NCBI GenBank assembly: GCA_963750255.1
Contig: CAVVPZ010000009.1
Location: forward strand, 48,038 to 112,037
Direction: 5' to 3'
DNA: 64,000 nt
Origin: an uncultured Actinomycetes bacterium
Lineage (GTDB): Bacteria > Actinomycetota > Acidimicrobiia > Acidimicrobiales > CADCTF01
Shown here one piece after another: positions 28,801-36,443 of the stretch. Numbering within the stretch: position 1 is the first letter of the stretch; every line of letters starts with the position of its first letter. The notes under the pieces were generated by a model. The model was not told the DNA's origin. It saw only the letters and a program-made list of their open reading frames with translations, and searched no databases. The translations under genes were made by a program, and so were the position numbers.

Positions 28801-30981
28801 TCCGTGAGCGATGTGTCGGAATCCCGTTCGGACCGCCGGGGCTCGTTCGTGACCACGATCCCCGGTTTCTCGTCGACGTCGGCCCGGGTGACGATGACGG
28901 TCACGCCCGAGACGTACACGCCGACGGCAGCCGACCTGGCGTCGGAGGCCCATACCGGTGCCCCGGTGTGGGGAGCCCGCTTCACCAAGGTCGACAACGG
29001 TTATCGGGTCGAGGGCCTCATCCCCGTCGACCGCCTTGACGGTCAGGCAGCGAAGGCGTCGTCGGCCCGGTCGGCCGACGGCGCCCGGAGCGCGCAAGCT
29101 GGGGAATACAGCCTGGTGCGGGTCGGATTCGAATGGGCGCTCACGGGCGCCACCTCGCTGGACTCACTGCTGTCGGCGTTGACGTCGGGCGACAAGTACG
29201 ACCGGCTCACCAAGCTCCTCAATCAAATCGAGGAGTGCGGCCCAGCCGCTGGTGGCCTGCGAAACCGGGCGGAGAACATTGCGAACGCAGCCCTCGCGGC
29301 CGACGTGACCGGGGCGATCTTCTCGGTGGCGTCCCTCGTGTTGGCTCCGGCCACGTTCGGTCTGGGATCGCTGGCGCTGGCCGTCGCCGGGGTGCTGCTC
29401 GACAAGGCGACCAGCTACGGCATCGAGAAGGCGACCGACGCCCTCGAAGCCGACATCCAGGCCAGCCCCGACTGCAAGAAGAAGGAGCCGAAGAAGCCCC
29501 GCAAGATCGCCGACCCGACCTGGATCTACGACCCGTCGGGATACGTCTATGAAGGTGTGCCGTCCAACCGCATCGATGGCGTCACCGCTCGGCTCCTCCA
29601 AGCCCCGTCGCCGACCGGACCGTGGACGGTGTGGGACGCAGCATGGTTCGGTCAGCAGAACCCGCTGACCACCGACACGGAGGGCCGCTACGGCTGGGAC
29701 GTCCCGGTCGGGTGGTGGATGGTCGCCTTCGAGAAGGACGGCTACGCCCCCGCTACCAGCGAGGCGCTCCGAGTGCTGCCGCCGCAACTCGACGTCAACG
29801 TGGCCATGGCCGCCGACGGACTGCCGAAGGTCAAGGAGGTCACGGCGGCGCCGAGCGCCGTGGACGTCGTGTTCAACCGCCCGGTGCGTGTCGCATCCGT
29901 CCTCGGCCCTGATGCTCCGGCGGTGACTGCAGGCGGCTCACCCGTAGCCGGCACATGGGCAGCCCTCCAAGCCGAAACGGGTGTCGCCGGCCAACTCCTG
30001 GCCATGCGGTACCGGTTCGCTCCGACCTCGTCGCTCGGTGAAGGGACCTCGGTGGCGGTTGCGATCCCGTCGACGGTGACCGACTACGGCGGCCGGGTCA
30101 TCGAGGCCGCGGCCACGCCGACGGCCACCGTGCCCCGCACGCCACCCACGCCGACGCCGGACTCGAAACCGACGCCCGGAGACCCGAGCACACCGGTGAT
30201 GCCGTCGCCGGTCCCGGTTCCGTCGGGCACGAGCGCCGGGTATCGCATGGTGGCCGCCGACGGTGGCGTGTTCAGCTTCGGCGACGCCGAGTTCTTCGGC
30301 TCGACCGGCGGCATGCACCTCAACGCCCCCATCGTGGGGTCGGCGTCGACGGCGACCGGCCGCGGTTATTGGATGGTGGCCCGCGACGGCGGGGTGTTCA
30401 GCTTCGGCGACGCCGGCTTCTTCGGCTCGACCGGCGGCATGCACCTCAACGCTCCCATCGTGGCCATGGTGGCCACGTCCTCGGGCAAGGGCTACTGGCT
30501 CATCGCTTCCGATGGTGGCGTGTTCAGCTTCGGCGACGCCCGGTTCCTGGGCTCGACCGGCGCCATCCGGTTGAACTCGCCGGTCGTGGCCGCCGGCCCG
30601 ACCCCGTCGGGCCGCGGCTACTGGCTCGTCGCCGCCGATGGTGGGGTGTTCAGCTTCGGCGACGCCGGGTTCCACGGGTCGACCGGGGCCATTCGTCTCA
30701 ACTCGCCCGTTGTGGCCATGGCCGCCACGCGGTCAGGCAAGGGCTACCGCCTGGTGGCGGCCGACGGCGGCGTGTTCGCCTTCGGCGACGCCGACTTCGC
30801 CGGATCGATGGGCGGCGCCCGCCTGAACTCCCCCGTGGTCGCCGTGGGGACGACGTCGACAGGCCGCGGCTACTGGTTGGTGGCCGCCGACGGCGGGGTG
30901 TTCGCCTTCGGTGGCGCGCCATTCGTCGGCAGCTTGGCCGGTATCCGGCTGGCTGCTCCGGTGGTGGCGATGACGACGTGA
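22828..30981 (+). CDS. Giant secreted multidomain surface protein (about 2717 aa)
   Basis: GGAGG RBS and signal peptide; repeated carboxypeptidase-regulatory-like beta domains, TolB/PD40-like propeller (PALSRDG, LSADG, LSPDG), FN3 (WSAATDDQGVTGYRIYQDG), a hydrophobic helical segment, WIYDPSGYVYEG domain, Pro/Thr linker and six GYWLVASDGG repeats. Confidence 0.9.
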   Translation: MTTTDRHRPRSLVGLVGVLLVALLAVGLPVAATTPAAAAGAGTGVGGAVLGPGATGRSGIVVSAYDSSASADAAPAGQATSGAGGAYAIDLAPGRYRLAAVPPVDDPDMLVSAEDFVTVVDAKRAPLDFRLEVGNVRGVVRFADSTPAAGARVEAFSADGYDELTDGRTYADGSYRLAVPAGEQQVVASPPVGDPMGHVTTRQPVTVPASGPVTADVTLRLPNVRGSVFAPGGTTGVGGVMVVLTGEFDRPVPGGTTTAANDGTFGFAVEPGNYRIQAFPPSDNPNSWVDNTVSFAVSAGDTAAAPRHQNVELRQPTLRGRVLTPSGAPAPNAFVHLFHPASGQLLFGSADQNGNYGLVTPEGPVSIYLYPAVQTVEYLNTTVDFTVGPAPFVRDLTFDAPNVTGTVRSPDGAPAADLTVQAFAGPGTGASNDLTYSVTDELGRYAMRLSPGTWRVVAEPPEPNPAQWGRAAVDIFGPDAEPIVVNLDLGPSAAPAYALAPFGSTIKGYPVLEVRAPAVSGDGAITAAFVRLQGDAIPGGGVCDSETCTPSHETIRTVAYRGAGGSFDLLTNADGDYPDRGFSGRPALSRDGNVAAFWSEATNLDPAKPDNGNEELFVHHRTTGTLTRLPLADDRWLPDNNDGIALSADGNTVAYAVDGFAFDTGDPIQELIVAHFDTGGALTGQDVVAAARGIGVPGLSPDGTTVAWAQLDAPPSDPYGGVRWTLRVLDLGSGLVDPLTPDVYAEGTRWDRDDIAAPSLSEDGSRVAYIRSRYDTPSVARLLDRRDGGAVVDGAVDVFGSDGPATRRGVTDVDLSPDATMLVFAASGPEVDAEEAQAWRLNLVSGERTLISETPGRRRADRSVYSAEANDDATAVALETQATNLVPNQGGGLVVVVARLAETTPPVWPDDASLVAGDGDVGTRSVRIHWSAATDDQGVTGYRIYQDGVFVRQVGAAARSALIEGLAPDTVFRFKVEAVDGGGNETTDGPRLVVRTLPSNTTALLPLRATASEGGVIHLAWDLAGDDVTGFIVRRSVGDTIASEATLAKTATTYDFAGLPAGSVNAVEVLATTAEGTRRYTTTTTITVPPLTITVVDWSVDLVRAGLARRGGEAKLVARGERGRTMAGLVSYTSWYDVGGVMQAAPVARTAQVPMGEDPATPGVYRGTFPLLDGTASVTGVTGIISDGSGSSVERVAARPAVAVSGDLRVRVDAPAGSIDDSLLQVSSAAATVGFSTPISGGGVTVVGPNAPAADFRVAVLDHLRRETALAQPVSVRPGLVTDVTVAPTLPATLRVDVTDETDAVVGGFPLQLTRPDGQWLAGVDAPRSGPATFSNLLAGTTVDLRAILPLDTLFEEPEQPRVTLVPGENHVPLRLRSVPRRSVTGRVKFEDGDPVTEGTVTVTQRARNFDHSFSAPISSDGSYEVEALPGQAMITARAGVLRDARDVTLGVAPAIEDFTLRGQRGYLLGIRLFTRSPGAAEEIGPIPVDWRTAVHLGLRIEVAGRIAPTYDLSSDEAGVPRAVVAARPGEEVQVCASGVEGGFAPACASSMLTTDVHPTVELHLGPRVVTRAHVSGPGADAPTARLFKVTGSARELVGTYASQSPNVAVAVPAPGNYVLEVASAGGRGSASFSTDGTADIDLGTIALVAARQFSSAVNAVLAQRPEVLPGEDVEFRASWRNDGAQPATTAVLDVTVPTGSTLVPDSAVLGTSPVAVRPTATGFEVDLGTIAPTQEGSLRYRLRAAADSAGILLGSAAIRFVAGGTAFRDALVPTSIDVAALTFDAPERSESLLVPVSGRAPAGTTVVLADDGAVVGQTTAGPGGFWRTDLALSDLGMFQPDHHLVAAVSSGGSIHSLERTVAVDTSGRPVITSVSMFQQDPQFKNGRRFTFDPRRGMARFPFVVVPNQATIIEMTYDHPERVAEARIHIGDRAIPMTAGDDGKYRGTFTGYPSGSMAVESAGLPAPLDLTQPGPTPAQTRANLPWYLQNLSVSDVSESRSDRRGSFVTTIPGFSSTSARVTMTVTPETYTPTAADLASEAHTGAPVWGARFTKVDNGYRVEGLIPVDRLDGQAAKASSARSADGARSAQAGEYSLVRVGFEWALTGATSLDSLLSALTSGDKYDRLTKLLNQIEECGPAAGGLRNRAENIANAALAADVTGAIFSVASLVLAPATFGLGSLALAVAGVLLDKATSYGIEKATDALEADIQASPDCKKKEPKKPRKIADPTWIYDPSGYVYEGVPSNRIDGVTARLLQAPSPTGPWTVWDAAWFGQQNPLTTDTEGRYGWDVPVGWWMVAFEKDGYAPATSEALRVLPPQLDVNVAMAADGLPKVKEVTAAPSAVDVVFNRPVRVASVLGPDAPAVTAGGSPVAGTWAALQAETGVAGQLLAMRYRFAPTSSLGEGTSVAVAIPSTVTDYGGRVIEAAATPTATVPRTPPTPTPDSKPTPGDPSTPVMPSPVPVPSGTSAGYRMVAADGGVFSFGDAEFFGSTGGMHLNAPIVGSASTATGRGYWMVARDGGVFSFGDAGFFGSTGGMHLNAPIVAMVATSSGKGYWLIASDGGVFSFGDARFLGSTGAIRLNSPVVAAGPTPSGRGYWLVAADGGVFSFGDAGFHGSTGAIRLNSPVVAMAATRSGKGYRLVAADGGVFAFGDADFAGSMGGARLNSPVVAVGTTSTGRGYWLVAADGGVFAFGGAPFVGSLAGIRLAAPVVAMTT
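30238..30978 (+). repeat. Six approx. 41-aa GYxxVAxDGGVFxFGDAxFxGS repeats
   Basis: Visible in both protein and DNA, about 123-bp period. Confidence 0.95.
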
Positions 30982-30990
30982 CCGGCTGGC

Positions 30991-31158
30991 TCAGTCGTCG
31001 GTGGGGGAGAAGTAGCCGAAGCCGGCCAACAGCAGCGCTCCGCACACCACGAGGATCATGGCCAGGATCACGAAGATCGACTTGGCCTCGAGCGGCTTGA
31101 CCACTTCCTCGGCCTCGTTGGCGGCGAGGAGGAGAGCGGCGAGCGGCGCAGTCAGCAT
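30991..31158 (-). CDS. Small membrane protein (55 aa)
   Basis: MLTAPLAALLLAANEAEE...IFVILAMILVVCGALLLAGFGYF; strong GC3 bias. Confidence 0.7.
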   Translation of the reverse strand: MLTAPLAALLLAANEAEEVVKPLEAKSIFVILAMILVVCGALLLAGFGYFSPTDD

Positions 31159-31206
31159 GGCCGTGATGCTACCCACCGGGATCGTTCGCGCCGGTCCCAC
31201 CGCCGG

Positions 31207-31236
31207 TTGACAAACACCGAACACATGTTCGACAGT
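31207..31236 (+). promoter_or_regulatory. SOS promoter of imuA': TTGACA -35 with LexA box CGAAC-ACAT-GTTCG
   Basis: ttgaca at 31207-31212; cgaacacatgttcg at 31218-31231 matches the actinobacterial LexA consensus; gacagt 6 nt before GTG 31243. Confidence 0.9.
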
Positions 31237-31242
31237 GGGCGG

Positions 31243-31854
31243 GTGGGGTTGCCTGGGCTGGACCTGCGGGACATCGCTGGTCGCGCCGCGCCCGTGGCCC
31301 TGGCCAGCGAGCAGTTGCTGGCCGTGCCCGACTCCCTCCGGTCGTTGTTCCCCCGGGGCGGGCTGCGGCGGGGGAGCGTGGTCGGCGTCGACGCCGCCTC
31401 CGGTGCGGCGCTGGCCCTGGCCGTGGTGTCGGGCCCGTCGCAGGCCGGGTCGTGGGTGGCCGTGGTGGGGTGGCCGGCGCTCGGCGCGGTGGCGGCGTCG
31501 GAGGCCGGCGTCGACCTGGCCCGGTGCGCCCTGGTGACCGACCCCGGCCCGTCGTGGCCGACGGTGGTCGCCGCCCTAATCGACGCCATCGACGTCGTCG
31601 CCCTGCGGGCTCCGGAGCGGGTGCGGGCCGCCGATGCTCGCCGGTTGTCGGCCCGGGTCCGCGAGCGGGGATCGGTACTGGTGGTCGTCGGTGCGTGGCC
31701 CGAGGGTCCCGACGTGCGGCTCCGGGTCGAGCGAACCGAGTGGTCCGGCCTCGGCCGGGGCCACGGCGCCCTGACCCACCGCCGGTTGTCGGTCGTCGGC
31801 GGCGGACGCGGGGCGGCGGCCCGAGAACGGCGCGCCACGGTGGTGTTGCCGTGA
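31243..31854 (+). CDS. imuA: ImuA' RecA-like mutasome protein
   Basis: LFPRGGLRRGSVV, GSWVAVVG, EAGVDLAR, RRLSARVRERG, WSGLGRGHG; SOS box; coupled to imuB. Confidence 0.9.
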   Translation: MGLPGLDLRDIAGRAAPVALASEQLLAVPDSLRSLFPRGGLRRGSVVGVDAASGAALALAVVSGPSQAGSWVAVVGWPALGAVAASEAGVDLARCALVTDPGPSWPTVVAALIDAIDVVALRAPERVRAADARRLSARVRERGSVLVVVGAWPEGPDVRLRVERTEWSGLGRGHGALTHRRLSVVGGGRGAAARERRATVVLP

Positions 31855-33422
31855 GCGAAGTTCGGGCCGAGCGGACCGTGGTGGTGTGGTGCCCCGACTG
31901 GCCGGTCACGGCCGCGTCGGCGGACGGGATCGAGGCGGGCGCGCCGGTGGCCGTGTTCCACGCCAACCGGGTGGTGGCGTGTTCGGCGTCGGCCCGGGCC
32001 GAGGGCGTGCAGCGCGGCATCCGTCGCCGCGAGGCCCAGAGCCGGTGTCCCGAACTGGTGGTGGTCGACCACGACCCCGGGCGTGACGCCCGCGCCTTCG
32101 AGCCGGTGGTCGCCGCCCTCGACGAGCTCTGTCCCCGCATCGAGGTGCTGCGCCCCGGGTGTTGTGCCTTCGCCGCCCGCGGCCCGTCCCGCTACTTCGG
32201 TGGCGAGGAGGCCATGGCCGCGCTGGTGGTCGCCACGGTCCCCGTCGCGATCCGGGTGGGCGTGGCCGACGGCACCTTCGCCGCCCGGCTGGCGGCTCGC
32301 GCCGTCGATTTCTCGACAGCCGAGCCGGTCCGGATCGTGCCGGCGGCGGAGAGCCGGTCGTTCCTGGCCGAGTTCCCGGTGTCGACCCTTGAGCGCCCCG
32401 ACCTGGCCGACCTGTTGTCCCGCCTCGGCATCCGCACCCTCGGGGCCCTGGCCGCCCTGCCGCCGGCACAGGTGCTGGCCCGCTTCGGTGCCGAGGGCGA
32501 GCGGGCCCACCGGCTGGCCCGGGCCCTCGACGAACGCCCGCTGCAGGCCCGCATCGTCCCCCCCGACTTCAGCGCCGCAGCCGAGATCGACCCACCGGCC
32601 GACCGCGTCGACCGGGCCGCGTTCGTGGCCAAGACGTTGGCCGACGACCTCCACGACGAACTGGCGACCCGGGGCCTGGCCTGCACCCGCATCCTCATCG
32701 AGGCCGAGACCGAACACGGCGAGGAACTGGCCCGGCTGTGGCGCCACGACGGCGCTCTCACGGCCACGGCCATCGCCGAGCGGGTGCGGTGGCAACTCGA
32801 CGGGTGGCTCAACGCCGCTGCGTGGGGTGACCGGCCCACGTCGGGGATCTCGCGGGTGCGCCTCACCCCCGACGAGGTCCGTCCCGACACCGGTCGCCAG
32901 CTCGGGTTCTGGGGTGGCAGCACCCTCAACGACGAGCGGGCCGCCCGCGCACTGGCCCGCGTGCAGGGAATGCTCGGTCCCGCCGGGGTGGGCACGGCCG
33001 TGTTGCAGGGCGGACGCTCCCCAGGCGAACGGGCCCGCTTCGTCCCCTGGGGCGACGCCCGCGAAGCCGACCGCCCCGAACTCGAAGCCGATCGGTCGCC
33101 GTGGCCCGGGGCCGTGCCGGCCCCGGCGCCCGCCCTCGTGCATCCGGTGCCGCTGGCGGCCGAGGTCGTCGACCGCGCCGGCGCTGCGGTCGTCGTCACC
33201 AGCCGTGGCGGTTGCCGGGGCGAACCCGTCCGCCTGTCGATCGACGGTGGCCGGTGGGAGGAGATCGTCGGCTGGGCCGGCCCCTGGCCCGTCGACGAGC
33301 GGTGGTGGGACCCGCCCGCCCACCGTCGTCGGGCCCGCTTCCAATTCCTCACCGCCTCCGGCGTCGCCTATCTGGCCGCCGTCGAGTCGACCCGCTGGTG
33401 GATCGAAGCCACCTACGACTGA
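31851..33422 (+). CDS. imuB: ImuB inactive Y-family polymerase
   Basis: VWCPDWP, EAQSRCP, LGIRTLG, RVRWQLDGW, clamp motif QLGFW, AGPWPVDERWW, C-terminal EATYD. Confidence 0.93.
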   Translation: MSEVRAERTVVVWCPDWPVTAASADGIEAGAPVAVFHANRVVACSASARAEGVQRGIRRREAQSRCPELVVVDHDPGRDARAFEPVVAALDELCPRIEVLRPGCCAFAARGPSRYFGGEEAMAALVVATVPVAIRVGVADGTFAARLAARAVDFSTAEPVRIVPAAESRSFLAEFPVSTLERPDLADLLSRLGIRTLGALAALPPAQVLARFGAEGERAHRLARALDERPLQARIVPPDFSAAAEIDPPADRVDRAAFVAKTLADDLHDELATRGLACTRILIEAETEHGEELARLWRHDGALTATAIAERVRWQLDGWLNAAAWGDRPTSGISRVRLTPDEVRPDTGRQLGFWGGSTLNDERAARALARVQGMLGPAGVGTAVLQGGRSPGERARFVPWGDAREADRPELEADRSPWPGAVPAPAPALVHPVPLAAEVVDRAGAAVVVTSRGGCRGEPVRLSIDGGRWEEIVGWAGPWPVDERWWDPPAHRRRARFQFLTASGVAYLAAVESTRWWIEATYD

Positions 33423-33433
33423 CCCCCCACCCG

Positions 33434-33546
33434 GCTTTCCGGCAGAAGGTGTCGCTCGGGCGCACGTTCGCGCCGGAAAGCGCCGAAGAGTCCTGGACGC
33501 TTTCCGGCAGAAGATGTCGTCCGGGCGCATGTTGGCGCCGGAAAGC
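33434..33546. repeat. Family B palindrome, two tandem 48-bp copies
   Basis: gctttccggc...gccggaaagc at 33434-33481 and 33499-33546. Confidence 0.9.
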
Positions 33547-33560
33547 GGAGGGGGGGTGGG

Positions 33561-34031
33561 TCAGGATTCGAGTTGGGTGAGGAGGGCTTCGACGATGCTC
33601 ACGCGCCCGTTGGTGCGCTCCCAGTCGTCGCCGATGCGTTGGTGGTCGACGAGGCCGAAGGCATCCGGTTCGAGGCCGAGGGCGGCGACCACTGCCGCCC
33701 GCAGGAGCGACGGCTCGGTTTCGTCGCCGTGGGCGGGAAACGCCTCGAGTCCCTCCCACAGCGACACCACCGGGACGGGCGGGTCCTCCCCGGCCACCAC
33801 GCGTGCGGCCATCGTCGGGAAGACGTCGTAGGTACCGAGACCCGATGGGCGTTCGTATCCGGCGACCGGATGCAGTCGCCACTCGAGCACGATGTCGCCG
33901 GGCCCGTTCTCGACCAGCCAGGTCTGAGATCCGTTGACGTAGGCATCGACGGGGTCACCCAGACGCTCGTCGAGCGCGGCGATCACCTCGTCGCTCGCCC
34001 GCCAGACGCACGTCGGTGTCCGGTCGCTCAC
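33561..34031 (-). CDS. Hypothetical protein (156 aa)
   Basis: DAYVNGSQTWL, LEWRLHPVAG, LWEGLEAFPA; GTGA-coupled to the upstream gene. Confidence 0.8.
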   Translation of the reverse strand: MSDRTPTCVWRASDEVIAALDERLGDPVDAYVNGSQTWLVENGPGDIVLEWRLHPVAGYERPSGLGTYDVFPTMAARVVAGEDPPVPVVSLWEGLEAFPAHGDETEPSLLRAAVVAALGLEPDAFGLVDHQRIGDDWERTNGRVSIVEALLTQLES

Positions 34032-35467
34032 GCCGGGTCGGCGACGAGACGCAACGAGAGGTCGTCAGTGCCGGTGGGGAATCGAACCTTGGCCACGTCG
34101 CCCTCGATCGTGACCGCCTCCGGGATGGCGGCGACCGTGACCGACAGCCCGGGAAGGCGCCACTCGCGGCCGGAGAGATCCGCGCCGGCTGCGCCGGACA
34201 CCCACCACTCGGGAGCCACCGGGCCCCGTCGGTCCGACGGCAGGCAGGTGACGGCGAGGGCACCCGTCGAGGCCACGGCTCGTGCTGGCACGTAGTGAAC
34301 GAGGCGGATCCAGCCCACGTCTCCGTCGGGAACGAGCCAGTGGACCGTGGCCGGGTGGTATTGCCCCCGAGCAGATGCCGCCTGCGCGCCCGACTCACCG
34401 CCACACATGACGGTGTCGGACAGCCATCCGGTCGCCACACGGTCGGTGCGGTCGGTGCCGGTGATGCGCTGGGTGACGAGGTGCTCGCCCGAGAACTCCA
34501 CCAGCGCGGCGAGGGCGTCGTCGGGCACGGCGGGCCCAAGATGTTCGGCCATCGGCCCGTGCGTGAAATCGTGCGAGTGGTCGAAGGCGGGCCCCTCAAC
34601 ATCCGGGAACGGAGCCCGTTCGGCGCCCACCGCAGGCCACATCCAGATCCCGAGAAGCGACGCATAGGCGGTGAGATCCATGCCGTAGGAACGGCTCCAC
34701 GGTCCGCAGAGGTTGCGCATACGAGGGTGGTACCAGCGGGCGATGTCACGCCAGAGGGTGGCTTCGATGCGGGCGCCGGCCTCGCGGAGCACGGGAGACG
34801 ACGAGCGGTCGCGCCACAGGGCCAACGCGTAGAGGTCGATGCCGTAGTAGGTGGCCGAGTTGTATTCCTCGAACGCGCCGAATTCGTCGAAGCAATCGAC
34901 CACGGCGGCGGCGTAGTCCTCGGCGCCAGGGCGACCGCGCTCGACTTCGAGCCAGGCTCGCATGAGCGCGATGTTCGAATAGGTCGGCGGCACTCGATCG
35001 AGCGGCTCGCTGGTGACGGCGAGGTCGATGGCGGCCTGCATCCGGCGTTGCGTGTCCGCTGGCAATTTCAGACCGGGCTGTCCGTCCTGGAGCACGAGTT
35101 CGAACACGGTCCCCACGAACTGCCTCCAGTTCGGGTCGTAGTCGACCCACCTCGTGGCGCCCACGAGGGGGGGAACCGGTGTCTCCAGAAAGCGGGCGAA
35201 CGTCCCGTGCCACTCGGCCGAGGCGGTGTCGGGGGACGAGTACTGGCAGTTGCACAACGCGTCAAACGTGCGAGCGGCTCGCTCGACGTCGCCCGGGCCG
35301 GATCGGAACAACACTCCTGCGGCGTACCACGCCGACTGGGGCACGAGGTGGAGCGATCGAGGTGGGGCCAGATCGTCGAGCGACCCTTCCATGTTCCAGA
35401 GCAGCCCGACGCCGGCATCCCACCACGGGTCCATCCAGGCCATCGAACGGTCGAGGAGATCACCCAT
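34028..35467 (-). CDS. Uncharacterised alpha-toroid protein, heparinase/lyase-like
   Basis: YDPNWRQFVG, YSNIALM, EEYNSATYYGIDL and LCGPWSRSYG recall heparinase II/III-like proteins; no signal peptide seen. Confidence 0.65.
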   Translation of the reverse strand: MGDLLDRSMAWMDPWWDAGVGLLWNMEGSLDDLAPPRSLHLVPQSAWYAAGVLFRSGPGDVERAARTFDALCNCQYSSPDTASAEWHGTFARFLETPVPPLVGATRWVDYDPNWRQFVGTVFELVLQDGQPGLKLPADTQRRMQAAIDLAVTSEPLDRVPPTYSNIALMRAWLEVERGRPGAEDYAAAVVDCFDEFGAFEEYNSATYYGIDLYALALWRDRSSSPVLREAGARIEATLWRDIARWYHPRMRNLCGPWSRSYGMDLTAYASLLGIWMWPAVGAERAPFPDVEGPAFDHSHDFTHGPMAEHLGPAVPDDALAALVEFSGEHLVTQRITGTDRTDRVATGWLSDTVMCGGESGAQAASARGQYHPATVHWLVPDGDVGWIRLVHYVPARAVASTGALAVTCLPSDRRGPVAPEWWVSGAAGADLSGREWRLPGLSVTVAAIPEAVTIEGDVAKVRFPTGTDDLSLRLVADPA

Positions 35468-36443
35468 GAAATCGCACCGGACCCTCCGCCGCCGGGGCCG
35501 AGATGACAGCGAGCGCGACGCCGGTGAGCACCGAGAAGATGACCGAGCCGGTCCAGATCTCGGCCGGCCAGTGCACGCCCCACACGAGCGCGTGCACGCC
35601 GAAGTATCCAAGCCAGCAGACGAGTGGAACCACCGAGCCGAGCACGAGACCGTGTCGGCCCTCGAGACCGCGGACAGCGATGGCATCGGCCACGGCGCCG
35701 CCGAGCGCGAACGGTGCAGCGAGGGCGATGGCGTCGAATCCCTCGAGGCCGGCGAGCGCGACTGCCGAGGCGGTGAAGAGGATCGTGAACGTCCCCGCCG
35801 GTGGCCGCCACCGACGCAGGACGAAGAACATGGCGCCGAGGAGGATCGCGGTGCGGATGATCACTGCTGAGACACCACGGATCTGGTCGGGCTCCCACCG
35901 CCGGTTGGCTCCGGCGATGGGAGTGGCGGCGGACTGGTTCATGAGGAAGAACAACGCCACTCCGGTGACGAGGGTGAGCGACGCGAGGGTCGGCCCGAGC
36001 TCGCGCAACGGTGGCCGCGTGCCGACGGTGGGCGAAGCCACGCGTATCGGCGCCGACACCATAAGCGCGCCGCCGACCATCAACGCGAGATGGGTGGGAC
36101 TGAGGAGCGCCTCGGTGCTGACCTCGATCCCGAAGATCGAGTGCCAGATGCCGTCACCGATCGCGCCCACGACGAACAGGCCGAGCCCGACGTTGGCCAG
36201 GCGGTCGATGCCGCCGCTGACGTCGCTCCCGTGGCGTCCCGCCCACGCGAACCAAGCCACCGCCCCGATGAAGCCCGAGTAGAGCACTCCATGCCAGGGC
36301 GAGAAGAACGTCTCGGGCTTCTCGACCTGATGGGCCCACCCGTCGAGGAACAGTCCGCCGATCATCCACGTGCCGAAGAACGCCACGGCGAGGCTTGCCC
36401 GACGAGTTCCGGCATCAGCGGCCCGGATCACCTGCGTAATCAT
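35460..36443 (-). CDS. Polytopic membrane protein with duplicated D-x3-H...PxH motifs
   Basis: About 9 hydrophobic segments; LDGWAH..ETFFSPWH and GDGIWH..LLSPTH; ATGA-coupled to the upstream gene. Confidence 0.85.
   Translation of the reverse strand: MITQVIRAADAGTRRASLAVAFFGTWMIGGLFLDGWAHQVEKPETFFSPWHGVLYSGFIGAVAWFAWAGRHGSDVSGGIDRLANVGLGLFVVGAIGDGIWHSIFGIEVSTEALLSPTHLALMVGGALMVSAPIRVASPTVGTRPPLRELGPTLASLTLVTGVALFFLMNQSAATPIAGANRRWEPDQIRGVSAVIIRTAILLGAMFFVLRRWRPPAGTFTILFTASAVALAGLEGFDAIALAAPFALGGAVADAIAVRGLEGRHGLVLGSVVPLVCWLGYFGVHALVWGVHWPAEIWTGSVIFSVLTGVALAVISAPAAEGPVRFHG

Noticed and set aside
30238..30978. Possible CRISPR array
   Set aside because: The repeats are in-frame protein repeats with synonymous variation, no unique spacers and no cas genes.
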